Source of the DNA: a virus | Virus record (IMG/VR): IMGVR_UViG_3300020047_012036 | Span: 1 to 37,218 of that record | DNA: 37,218 nucleotides | Strand: one strand, 5' to 3' | Shown: positions 25,564 through 33,799 of the stretch, one piece after another | How the letters are laid out: the number at the start of each line of letters is the position of its first letter | How positions within the stretch are numbered: the first letter of the stretch is position 1 | The notes under the pieces: model-generated | The model's database searches: none | Told to the model about the DNA's origin: nothing | The model's input: only the letters and a program-made list of their open reading frames with translations | Program-made: the position numbers and the translations under genes

Positions 25564-26241
25564 TTATATCCCCAAAATGTCCACAGAGTTGGTTCTCTCA
25601 AAATTCTTAAAGAAATCGCGGGTGGCGGTCAGATCCATTCGGACCATAAAACTGGTTGTGGAAATATTCCCTTTGGAGTTGACCCCGATCACAGTCCGGG
25701 ATCCCCGTTGAAACGCGGGCCCCCCGGAATCACCGAAGCAAAGGGCCGCCCCGTTCCGGGTAACAAAGTCAAAATTGGAAAATCCGATTACCCGGCTGAC
25801 GCCCTGGCGCAGGATCCCATCATTGCCACCGCCCCCACCGGGCTGGGTGCAACCAAAACCGGTCAAATCGACAAGCTGAAGCGGTCTAACCGCACCCCCG
25901 ATGGTAGCTGGGGGGATATTGATTGGGGCGGCTAGAAGACCCAAAGCGACGTCGTGGTCACGTCCAGGGAAAAGGGGGCTGCGGGTTACGGTCGCCCGAT
26001 GGACCACCCCATTGGAGCGAAACGCCACAACTTGCCCGTTGTTTGCGCAGTGGGCTGCCGTGACGATGACTCGAGGCCCTACGATGGTAGCCGTGCAAGC
26101 CGAGCGGGTTGTCAGGTTAACGATCCGCACCACCTGAGGGATATTGACCGGGCTCCCATTGATCAGGTCCAAATCGCTGGAGGATTCTGGCGTCCCGCAG
26201 GCGAAAAATAGTAACGACGACAAAAGAAATAGAAAGCGCAT
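25564..26241 (-). CDS. Trypsin-like (S1 family) serine protease lipoprotein, 225 aa.
   Basis: Signal peptide with lipobox LLFFAC. Catalytic motifs TAAHC, DHDVAL and GDSGGP. Confidence 0.85.
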   Translation of the reverse strand: MRFLFLLSSLLFFACGTPESSSDLDLINGSPVNIPQVVRIVNLTTRSACTATIVGPRVIVTAAHCANNGQVVAFRSNGVVHRATVTRSPLFPGRDHDVALGLLAAPINIPPATIGGAVRPLQLVDLTGFGCTQPGGGGGNDGILRQGVSRVIGFSNFDFVTRNGAALCFGDSGGPAFQRGSRTVIGVNSKGNISTTSFMVRMDLTATRDFFKNFERTNSVDILGI

Positions 26242-26314
26242 ATCACCCCCCTTCTGGTTTTTTATTCCGTTTCCAATTTTAACATAAAAAGGCGCTATAG
26301 TGCGATTTCACGCG

Positions 26315-26352
26315 CACAAAAGAAAAAGGGAACCTAAAAAAGGCTCCCTTCC
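26315..26352 (-). terminator. Putative intrinsic terminator after recT.
   Basis: On the minus strand, AAGGGA gccttttttaggt TCCCTT followed by TTTCTTTTGT. Confidence 0.45.
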
Positions 26353-26399
26353 TCACAGGGCACATGGTCGCTAAAAACCAAATGAACTGATGTTTTCGG

Positions 26400-27185
26400 T
26401 CAAAATGGCGGTTTAGTCAATTTGGTTTCTTCAAAACCCGGGTAACGCTGGACCTTAGCCCCCTTTAGCTCCGGCTCTGGGGCGGATGGCGCCGATACCT
26501 CGGGCTGCGTTGGCTCGGCCGGGGCCGTTTCGGGCTCTGCGTCGATTACAAGCGATTCGTCCTTAGCAACAGCCTTTTCCAGCCGGTCCTTAAGCGACTT
26601 TTTGGCCGTGATGGGGGTTGTGGGGCCGATCTCGCGATCAACCGTGAATTCCACGTCATCCCGATCGGCCATTTCCTCGCGGTTGTAAGCTGCAGCTAGC
26701 ACGATGTCGGGAAATAGTGCCCGGACAACACGCCCTGAGGTGCGGGCCATCAGCATATCCCTTGGCCATTTTTGCCAGTTTTCCTTGCCGGCCAACCCCG
26801 CCAGTTTGGCCTCTTCGATGGTAAACTCAAAGGTTTGCACCGAATCCTTGGTTCGCCCTGCCTTGATGACGCATTTTTGCGGCGTGGATACCTCGACGTA
26901 CCAATAGGCATCAGGAAACCGTGCGAATACCAGCGCCCGCTGAAGCCGAGCCGATATGCAGGGGCGACCTTGGACGATGGCGACCTCCCAAAAGGCAGTC
27001 ATTGGTGGGATCCCTAGCTCCCTGGCGGCGAAAAGGATAATAACCCCCTTTTCCGCCGTATTGATGGTGCTAGGTAAGAATCCGGACTTAATAGCTATAG
27101 CTACCAAATTTTTAATATGCTCATATTCTTTTTCCCCAGGGAACTTAAACGCTAGGCTGTCGGTTTGCTCTACGATATCAGTCAT
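26400..27185 (-). CDS. recT: RecT-family single-strand annealing protein, 261 aa.
   Basis: ARELGIPPMTAF...VQGRPCISARL and NWQKWPRDMLMARTSGRVVRALFPD resemble conserved RecT segments. Paired with a Gp157-like gene directly upstream. Confidence 0.7.
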   Translation of the reverse strand: MTDIVEQTDSLAFKFPGEKEYEHIKNLVAIAIKSGFLPSTINTAEKGVIILFAARELGIPPMTAFWEVAIVQGRPCISARLQRALVFARFPDAYWYVEVSTPQKCVIKAGRTKDSVQTFEFTIEEAKLAGLAGKENWQKWPRDMLMARTSGRVVRALFPDIVLAAAYNREEMADRDDVEFTVDREIGPTTPITAKKSLKDRLEKAVAKDESLVIDAEPETAPAEPTQPEVSAPSAPEPELKGAKVQRYPGFEETKLTKPPF

Positions 27186-27711
27186 TGCTTTCGTCCTTTT
27201 TTGTTGAGGCTGATTTCAGCCGAAAATTGACGGTTAATTTATCAGAAATCTTAGCCCAAGGCACCGTCAATCCTTTGTCTAACAAGGCTTTGATCGGCTC
27301 TTTCATCCATGAGTAAACGGTTTTGCTTTGGACCAGCTCGGGGAATTCGAGCGCATAGGACTGGGGGTCATATTCATCGTCAATCAACACAGCCCGGGAT
27401 TTTCTCACCGAGGCTACGAAAAACTGCCCCTGAATCTTATCCATGCCATGGGCCGACATAACGAAGGCCATCCGGTCCAAAATCGATTGCCGTTGGTTTT
27501 TGAGCGCCTTAAGGTTTTCCCCCATTTTCTTTATGCGCTCATCAAGCCCCTTGGCTCGGTCGTCGATGTAATCGATAACGGCCTTATAGGCATCCACCTT
27601 GTCCTTGAGGTTTTCCCCAAGGGCTTCCATTTCAGCCAGGTCCAACTCTAAAACCCCGGCGTCCATGTGTTCCATTTCGCGCAAAATTTCCGATAACGTC
27701 TTCTTTTCCAT
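27178..27711 (-). CDS. Gp157-like coiled-coil protein, 177 aa; recombination accessory.
   Basis: Coiled-coil N-terminal half, size, and position immediately 5' of recT with an 8 nt overlap. ATG at 27711 preceded by TTATTTGGAGGTTAGC; the track start at 27723 is TTG. Confidence 0.5.
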   Translation of the reverse strand: MEKKTLSEILREMEHMDAGVLELDLAEMEALGENLKDKVDAYKAVIDYIDDRAKGLDERIKKMGENLKALKNQRQSILDRMAFVMSAHGMDKIQGQFFVASVRKSRAVLIDDEYDPQSYALEFPELVQSKTVYSWMKEPIKALLDKGLTVPWAKISDKLTVNFRLKSASTKKDESND

Positions 27712-27723
27712 GCTAACCTCCAA

Positions 27724-27759
27724 ATAAAAAAGAAAGGGACAACCAAAGTCATCCCTTCC
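27724..27759 (-). terminator. Putative intrinsic terminator after the endolysin gene.
   Basis: On the minus strand, AAGGGA tgactttggttg TCCCTT followed by TCTTTTTTATTT, merging into the next RBS. Confidence 0.5.
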
Positions 27760-27793
27760 TAGGACTAGATAATTCCACTACGGAGCTGCCAAT

Positions 27794-28282
27794 TTATGCC
27801 TGATTTGGCTCAAAAAATAAAGCCAATTCCTTTTTTCGCCGACTGACAAGGCCGTTACAAGTCACCTTGGTTTTAATGCCGTCTTTTAAAACGGTTATCT
27901 TGTTCCACATTTTCCACGCGGTCGTAATGGCAAGCCTATCCCATTCGGCTTTCGCCAGTTCTTTGCGGATGGTTGACTTTGTGAAGCCTTCCACTCCATT
28001 CCCAATATTATAAATCAATAGGATCAACGCGCACCATTGGCCCTCATTTAACCGAAGAGCTAAAGCTGGCTCAATTTTTTGGACGTATTTAACTATTTTT
28101 TGGACCCGCTTAAAAAGCTTCGCATCGGCATCCTTGACGGTGATCGTCGCCCCCTCGTAGCAACCCTCGGTCTCACCCCATCCGTAAGTCCATTTTCCAG
28201 CCGGGCATTTATAAGCGGTCGTTTTGCAAACGCCAGATTCCTCGATTTCCTTAATTTTATTTAAGACTTTTTCCGTTATCAC
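27794..28282 (-). CDS. Endolysin, GH24 lysozyme family, 162 aa.
   Basis: E-x8-C-x5-T arrangement in EESGVCKTTAYKCPAGKWTYGWG, plus LLIYNIGNG and NGLVSRRKKELALF. GTG start preceded by GGAGG. Confidence 0.85.
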   Translation of the reverse strand: MITEKVLNKIKEIEESGVCKTTAYKCPAGKWTYGWGETEGCYEGATITVKDADAKLFKRVQKIVKYVQKIEPALALRLNEGQWCALILLIYNIGNGVEGFTKSTIRKELAKAEWDRLAITTAWKMWNKITVLKDGIKTKVTCNGLVSRRKKELALFFEPNQA

Positions 28283-28304
28283 GTTTGCGATACCTCCAAT
28301 ATCT

Positions 28305-28344
28305 AATAAAAAAACGACGGCCCAAGACCAATAGGTCCCAGGCC
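28305..28344 (-). terminator. Putative intrinsic terminator upstream of the endolysin gene.
   Basis: On the minus strand, GGCCTGGGACC tatt GGTCTTGGGCC (11 bp, including 3 G-U pairs) followed by GTCGTTTTTTTATT. Confidence 0.55.
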
Positions 28345-28387
28345 ATCCTTAGCGCAGAAGCTGATATTACGAACCGGCGTTTTAGCT

Positions 28388-28720
28388 TCATTTTTTGAAT
28401 TTGTAAACCAATTTCGCAAACGGTACGGCCGCCCGGAAAAGGGTTTCGATCGTGTCTTCAGAGTTCCAGTTGGTTAGCTTGAATTTTTCTTCAAACCACT
28501 GAATCAACTCGGCCTGATCTTGATTTGTCAGAGCTGAAAACGTGGCCGGGATATTTCCAAGGCCATCAACAGCCGGGCCAATAGTACTAATCACCGGGAC
28601 AAAGTTTGTCACGTCCATGAAGTCCCAGCGGCCATCGGCGAGAGATTTTCCCGTCGCTTGGATCAGCGCCATCGCTAGGGTTAAAAGTTCTTTCACATCC
28701 TTCAAACGATCCTCAGCCAT
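28388..28720 (-). CDS. Hypothetical protein, about 110 aa, in the lysis region.
   Basis: ORF 28388..28756. The ATG at 28720 (MAEDRL) overlaps the upstream stop by 8 nt, so the start is uncertain. Confidence 0.5.
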   Translation of the reverse strand: MAEDRLKDVKELLTLAMALIQATGKSLADGRWDFMDVTNFVPVISTIGPAVDGLGNIPATFSALTNQDQAELIQWFEEKFKLTNWNSEDTIETLFRAAVPFAKLVYKFKK

Positions 28721-28964
28721 TTTCTTCCCTTTCATTTGCATAGGCCCAAGCGTCATCGTGATATTTGGGAGTTTTGCGGGTTTTTGGAATTTCTACCAAT
28801 CGTCCGCGATTGATCTCATAACCGTCACTTACCATATTTATGGGTTCGCTTGGCGTTGTCAATAGGTCAGGGACGCGCTCAAGAAAAACCCAAAGCGCAA
28901 TTGACTGAACGACTGCGCAGATGACCAAAGCCACAAAGATTCCTAAAAGGAGAATGTCCGTCAC
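28713..28964 (-). CDS. Single-pass membrane protein, 83 aa; holin or spanin candidate.
   Basis: GTG at 28964 preceded by GGAGGA at 6 nt, and overlapping the GNAT stop (GTGA). TM segment ILLLGIFVALVICAVVQSIALWVFL. Confidence 0.5.
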   Translation of the reverse strand: MTDILLLGIFVALVICAVVQSIALWVFLERVPDLLTTPSEPINMVSDGYEINRGRLVEIPKTRKTPKYHDDAWAYANEREENG

Positions 28965-29506
28965 GGTGTTTCCTCCCGTCGGCACCAGTCTTTTTTTGCC
29001 CATTCTGATTCGAGGATTGACCAAATTTCGGAGGAAACCATTTTCCCAGCTTTGAAATAGCTTTCGCGCAACCGTCCCTCAAACTCAAAACCAAGTGCAC
29101 CATAAAGCCCTGCTGCTGGATTTCCCATGATGGTCTCACCCCAAATGCGATTAAGCCCGAGGTTGGCGAAGCCGTGGCAAATTAGGGTCTGCAGTGCGGT
29201 TTTTCCGAGACCTTTGCCCATGTGACCGGGCTCGACGTAAATCGAAAACTCTGCCTTGCGGTTATGCTGATCAATATCAGTCAGGCCGCAAACGCCTACC
29301 GTTTTGTCCCCTGAAATTACCGAATACATGGAAATGGCTGGATCGCGGACGATCTTGTCATGCCAGGCGACTTGATTGCCCGGGGCGATAAGGTCGTATT
29401 GGCGGCACCATCGGCGGATCGTGTACTTGTTCCGCCAGCCCATAAGTTCGCGGCCCTGAAGGGGGTCGACTGGTCCGAGTTTGACGCCGAAGCCAAAGTC
29501 AATCAT
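28961..29506 (-). CDS. GNAT-family N-acetyltransferase, 181 aa (PseH/RimL-like).
   Basis: The WRNK...RRW N-terminal region and the acetyl-CoA binding segment VEPGHMGKGLGKTALQTLICHGF...LGF. Confidence 0.75.
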   Translation of the reverse strand: MIDFGFGVKLGPVDPLQGRELMGWRNKYTIRRWCRQYDLIAPGNQVAWHDKIVRDPAISMYSVISGDKTVGVCGLTDIDQHNRKAEFSIYVEPGHMGKGLGKTALQTLICHGFANLGLNRIWGETIMGNPAAGLYGALGFEFEGRLRESYFKAGKMVSSEIWSILESEWAKKDWCRREETP

Positions 29507-29509
29507 AAT

Positions 29510-29767
29510 TTAAGAACCCCATTCTTTGTCTTTATAAATCGCGTCAATCACTGTTTTTTGAATTTCATTTAGGGCTTTGATCAGCGCCATGCATTGATCC
29601 TTTGTCAAAATGCCAAGGTTAACTCTGCCCGTTAACCGATCTTTTATCGTATACAAAGTGATCAAGCTTTTTATCTCATCGGTATCTAATGAATTAATCG
29701 AATCAATTGAGTCATCGATTTCTTCTTTAAACCTTTCATTGTCACTATATTGCGTAATTTCACTCAT
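29510..29767 (-). CDS. Hypothetical acidic protein, 85 aa.
   Basis: ATG at 29767; 8 nt overlap with the upstream gene. Confidence 0.5.
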   Translation of the reverse strand: MSEITQYSDNERFKEEIDDSIDSINSLDTDEIKSLITLYTIKDRLTGRVNLGILTKDQCMALIKALNEIQKTVIDAIYKDKEWGS

Positions 29768-30017
29768 TTATAATTCTTTCGTTTTTCAAGATTTTTTGCA
29801 TGATGCAAACAACATCATAGGCTGTGATTTTCTCGCCGATTCCATACCCTGTCAGTTCGCGACAAGCGTGATCGGCGCGCTTGTAAGTTTCATTCGCTGC
29901 CGCTTCGCCATCGGTTCTAGCTTTATGGGCGTCCTCAATTCTGCCTTTGACAAACTCGACAGCCGCGGCCAATCCGTTGATTTTTACCTCGTTTTCAACA
30001 ACTTTTAACTCAGTCAT
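29760..30017 (-). CDS. Hypothetical protein, 85 aa.
   Basis: The ATG at 30017 (MTELKVVENE) overlaps the aminotransferase stop by 8 nt. The longer track ORF to 30188 would lie inside the aminotransferase gene. Confidence 0.5.
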   Translation of the reverse strand: MTELKVVENEVKINGLAAAVEFVKGRIEDAHKARTDGEAAANETYKRADHACRELTGYGIGEKITAYDVVCIMQKILKNERIINE

Positions 30018-31173
30018 TTTTTCTAACCCTTTCCGCAAACGGAGATTGTGGTAAATCGCCTCGTAAAGATATTTCAGATCGGTTAACCCTATGAACGATG
30101 TCACCGATGACGCTAATAACATGGTCGGTATCCCCTGGGTGAGCGTAGTTAAAAAACCACGAGGGGCCAAATAAAATTCCCGCCTCACAAGCTTCCTGGA
30201 AAAGCAGGGCTTTAGTCAATGGATCGCCTTCGAAAATCCCCCGTGTGGGGTATCCTTTTATCTTTACATTGATGGGAAATTCATTAAAGAAGTCGATAAA
30301 TCTTTGACCGTGCTCCCAAAGGTCGGAAATCTTATGGCGGCGCATGAATTCTGCTGTTTTTAGCCACCCCAATAGGGCGCTGGTTTCAGCCGCAAAGGTA
30401 CTGCTCACAAAATACCCAGGGTTGTCCATGATGTTTTTCTTGCCGCCCACAACTGACAGGGGGTATCCCCCGCCTAAAGCCTTTCCGAGGCAAACTATGT
30501 CAGGGCAAATTCCCCAATGTTTCGCTACCGAATGGCCATCGAAGCGCAAGCCGGTTATGACCTCATCGAAAATGAGGACCACGGCGTGCTTATCGCATTT
30601 TTCCCGAAGCCGCAAAAGCCATTCACGACGTCCCTGTCCCCAGTCTGCGATTACAGGCTCGACAATTATGGCTGCAGGTATCTCGCCGCTTTCCCAGCCA
30701 TCCTCGAGTTTTTTAATCCATGGCCGCGGCCCCGGGATGCCTGCGGCGGGGGTTGTTAACGAAACGAAGTCATCGCTATGCCCGTGATAACCCTCTGACA
30801 GGATCAAGCTACGGCCGGTATGGGCCCGGGCAATTTTGATGGCCGCGGCGCAAGCCTGGGTGCCGGTCTTAAGAAATTTTAGCTTTTCGATAAAAGGGAA
30901 AAAGTCGATAACCTTTTCCGCCGCTTCTGCCTCGATTAGCGTGGGAAAGCTGGAATTGATGGCCGGGAGCTGCAGAATTTGCCCGGTCAGGTTTGCCCCA
31001 AGCCCGCAGATGTAATCGATATATGTCTGGCCGAGAGCATCGACCAGCTTGTTTCCCACTTGTTTTTGAAAAACTTTGGGATACACCCCGCCAATATGGG
31101 ATCTTGGGTGTTTACTGTTTGTCAGGCATCCTTGCGCGATAACTTTTTGATATCGATTCCAATAATCAGACAT
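30010..31173 (-). CDS. Class III (glutamate-1-semialdehyde aminomutase-like) PLP aminotransferase, 387 aa.
   Basis: Overall length and the segments YIDYICGLGANLTG, SEGYHGHSDDF and LIFDEVITGLRF are typical of the Aminotran_3 family. ATG at 31173 preceded by TTATTATTTGGAGTTAAG; the track start at 31188 is TTG. Confidence 0.75.
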   Translation of the reverse strand: MSDYWNRYQKVIAQGCLTNSKHPRSHIGGVYPKVFQKQVGNKLVDALGQTYIDYICGLGANLTGQILQLPAINSSFPTLIEAEAAEKVIDFFPFIEKLKFLKTGTQACAAAIKIARAHTGRSLILSEGYHGHSDDFVSLTTPAAGIPGPRPWIKKLEDGWESGEIPAAIIVEPVIADWGQGRREWLLRLREKCDKHAVVLIFDEVITGLRFDGHSVAKHWGICPDIVCLGKALGGGYPLSVVGGKKNIMDNPGYFVSSTFAAETSALLGWLKTAEFMRRHKISDLWEHGQRFIDFFNEFPINVKIKGYPTRGIFEGDPLTKALLFQEACEAGILFGPSWFFNYAHPGDTDHVISVIGDIVHRVNRSEISLRGDLPQSPFAERVRKND

Positions 31174-31203
31174 AAAACTTAACTCCAAATAATAAAATAC
31201 AAA

Positions 31204-31917
31204 TTACAAACGCCAAATAAGCCGCTTTTTCATTCCATAAGCTGACTGCAGCTTTGTTTTCAGCGATTCCACCTGCCCCTTAACGCGCTCCAGGTCGCCC
31301 ATTGTGTCGACTGACAGCTTAATTTGTGACCGATCGACAAAGCCTATGATATGGCCGATCTTAGCCCAACCCGGGGGCTGCTGCCTGAAAAGGATCGTCA
31401 CATGCTCCCGCTGCTCTTTGGTTTTTGCGTTGTCGTTCAACCAAGACAGAGCTTCAATTGATAAAACTTCGCAATCCCAGCCGTCAATTTCTGTCCTGAA
31501 TTTTTCATCAACATTCGAAACGTAATCAGCGTCATAATCTTTCGCACACTTGATATGCTTAACCACGACGAACGGGGGAAGTAAGGGGCAATCCCCGGTT
31601 AATCGCACCACAAAATCGTAGTCATCTGTTTGGGATGCCTCCCAAAAACGCGCCAAAACGTCATGCTCATCACCTTCAAAAACAGGTATTAGGTTCGAAA
31701 AGTGAGTCTTTAACGGATCGCCGTCAGGAACTAAAAGCATCACTCTGATATCGATCTGCTCACCTTTGGAGCGCCCCATATATTCCCGAACATTGAGCGC
31801 TGTATTTATCACATGCTCAACAACAGGCTTCCCGTCAAGTTCGGCCATTGATTTATTTGGGAACCGCTGGCTACTGCTCCTCGCTTGGATGCCAATCAGT
31901 ACCTTTTTTGTTTTCAT
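31204..31917 (-). CDS. Cytidylyltransferase, 237 aa, of the SpsF/NeuA (CTP_transf_3) type.
   Basis: IGIQARSSSQRFPNKSMAELDGKPVVEHVI matches the N-terminal nucleotide-binding signature of acylneuraminate/SpsF cytidylyltransferases. ATGA overlap with the upstream gene. Confidence 0.75.
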   Translation of the reverse strand: MKTKKVLIGIQARSSSQRFPNKSMAELDGKPVVEHVINTALNVREYMGRSKGEQIDIRVMLLVPDGDPLKTHFSNLIPVFEGDEHDVLARFWEASQTDDYDFVVRLTGDCPLLPPFVVVKHIKCAKDYDADYVSNVDEKFRTEIDGWDCEVLSIEALSWLNDNAKTKEQREHVTILFRQQPPGWAKIGHIIGFVDRSQIKLSVDTMGDLERVKGQVESLKTKLQSAYGMKKRLIWRL

Positions 31918-32555
31918 ATTTCACCTTCGAGATACGAGTGAACTTTTCGATGGGAATTCGCGATGTATTCTAATTCCGCTTTCCAGTCGAAAGAATTAGG
32001 GATAAACGCTGCGTTCAAAAACCGCTTAATGTTTTCTATATACGCATAATCCATCATATCAGGGAAAACCGTTGATCCATTAATTTTGCAACCCCAAATA
32101 GGGCTTTTATTCGACAGCCTGATTATGCCTGAGCTCAGTCCAATGATGTTAATGCAGTCCCAAATAAGACCATCGGCGCCCGATTTGAAATAATCATATG
32201 ACGTTACACCTTCTTTATTAAATTTCCCTAGGTGTCGATACTGATTAATCATCATCAATTTGAAGGGACTTGATCCGAATTTTGATACCAAAAGTTCGAT
32301 CGCGGCTTTGCTTTTAGTGATTGGCTTTTCTGCTAACAAGGGGACGTCCGCGGCGGTTTCAAGATGGCCTAAAATCGTATCGTAATGGTTAAAGGTAGGG
32401 GTTGCGTCGATGACCGCCCCGAAATGGCCGTGGGCTGGCTTAGGGCCGCCCTGCTTAACGTCAAATCCGACCCACTTTACTTCGAGGAAATTAAGGATTG
32501 AGGCATAACGCTGCCCCATGTTCCCCAGGTGGCCTAGCAATAAAACTTCGCTCAT
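31914..32555 (-). CDS. Gfo/Idh/MocA-like oxidoreductase, 213 aa (short).
   Basis: N-terminal dinucleotide-binding-like LLLGHLGNMGQRY and the family EKP motif in LLAEKPI. ATGA overlap with the dehydratase stop. Confidence 0.6.
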   Translation of the reverse strand: MSEVLLLGHLGNMGQRYASILNFLEVKWVGFDVKQGGPKPAHGHFGAVIDATPTFNHYDTILGHLETAADVPLLAEKPITKSKAAIELLVSKFGSSPFKLMMINQYRHLGKFNKEGVTSYDYFKSGADGLIWDCINIIGLSSGIIRLSNKSPIWGCKINGSTVFPDMMDYAYIENIKRFLNAAFIPNSFDWKAELEYIANSHRKVHSYLEGEI

Positions 32556-33448
32556 GGATTGGCCTCCACCAATTTTCTGACAAGTGGCTCAAGCTTTAAA
32601 ATTAATTCATCGTGAGTAAATCGCTCAGAAACAAGGCTTGATTTTAATGGGGTGAGATTTTCGTGCAACTTTTCCCCCACTCCGATACCAACAACCTCAT
32701 AGTGCCAGTTTTTGACGCCTAGGATGGTCGCAATGGCCGACGCCACGTCCAAAACAGGGGCCGACCTATAGTCTGGGATGAATTCCCCGACGTAACCGCG
32801 CACCGTATCGATGCTATCGTGGGCCTTTACTTTTCCAATAAGGAATGACACGGCATCCTCAATATTGAGCCAAAATCTCGTCATTCTAGGGTCTGTGATT
32901 GCGACCCTAGCGGTTGATCTTAGGCTCTCGACAAAAATAGGGATAACCGAACCACGGCTACCCATGATGTTTCCCCATCGAAAGTGCATAAGCTTCATTT
33001 TGCTTTGACCGGCCACAAATTCTCGCAGGGACTTTTCAGCGATGGCCTTGGTCATGCCGTAAATATTAATCGGCAAAACAGCCTTATCAGTAGTGGAAAA
33101 AATGAACCTGTCAGTATAACCCGACCTAATGGCCGAGCGCATTACGTTAGCCGTACCCTCGACGTTAGTTCGGATAGCCTCCAGAGGCTGGTTTTCGCAA
33201 ACGTCCACATGCTTCATTGCTGCAAAGTGGTAAACGTGATCGTAGTCGTGGCGCAGAAAAACATCGTCAACTGCCACTCTGTCGCGGATATCGCAAACAA
33301 TAGTTTTGATGTTCGGGAACTGCTTCTTTAGTTGTTTTTGCTTGATCTCATCGCGGGAAATTACGGTGATTTTTGCAGATTTATAAGCCTGCCTGACAAA
33401 TTCAGTTCCTAGCGTGCCGGTTCCACCGACAACTAAATAATCGTCCAT
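32552..33448 (-). CDS. PseB/FlaA1/CapD-family UDP-GlcNAc 4,6-dehydratase, 298 aa.
   Basis: Segment-by-segment match to my recollection of Helicobacter FlaA1: GGTGTLG, SRDEIKQ, CDIRD, AAMKHVDVCENQPLEAIRTNVEGT, STDKAVLPINIYGMTKAIAEK (YxxxK), RWGNIMGSRGSVIPIF, ITDPRMTRFW, GEKLHE. Confidence 0.85.
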   Translation of the reverse strand: MDDYLVVGGTGTLGTEFVRQAYKSAKITVISRDEIKQKQLKKQFPNIKTIVCDIRDRVAVDDVFLRHDYDHVYHFAAMKHVDVCENQPLEAIRTNVEGTANVMRSAIRSGYTDRFIFSTTDKAVLPINIYGMTKAIAEKSLREFVAGQSKMKLMHFRWGNIMGSRGSVIPIFVESLRSTARVAITDPRMTRFWLNIEDAVSFLIGKVKAHDSIDTVRGYVGEFIPDYRSAPVLDVASAIATILGVKNWHYEVVGIGVGEKLHENLTPLKSSLVSERFTHDELILKLEPLVRKLVEANP

Positions 33449-33466
33449 GCCCTAAACTCCAAATAA

Positions 33467-33745
33467 TTATCGCTTGTTGCGATACAGAAATAAATTTTCC
33501 GTGCTAATTGGTTCAATTCTAATAACTGCTGAACCTTTGGTCAAGTCATTGATAAACTGAGATAAATCCTCGGAAGGGTTTTTTTGAATGGCCTCAAGTT
33601 TTTCAAGGCGATCTTGGGCGCGGTCGCGCTCGCCCATCAAATTGACGATTTCGCGCTTGTAAAGAAAATTGCCCTTTAACTCGTGGATGTAAGCTAAAGC
33701 GAAAAAGAAGGATGAAATACCTAAAATAACAAAAGAAACTTCCAT
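33467..33745 (-). CDS. Membrane-anchored coiled-coil protein, 92 aa.
   Basis: ATG at 33745 (MEVSFVILGISSFFFALAY) preceded by ATTATTTGGAGTTTATTTT. Confidence 0.5.
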   Translation of the reverse strand: MEVSFVILGISSFFFALAYIHELKGNFLYKREIVNLMGERDRAQDRLEKLEAIQKNPSEDLSQFINDLTKGSAVIRIEPISTENLFLYRNKR

Positions 33746-33799
33746 AAAATAAACTCCAAATAATTTAATACAGATCATGCCTCATTTCTTTCGATATTG

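Noticed and set aside
30018-30188. N-terminal extension of the 142 aa ORF 29760-30188.
   Set aside because: The extension overlaps the 3' end of the aminotransferase gene. The internal ATG at 30017, with an 8 nt overlap, fits the coupling pattern used elsewhere.
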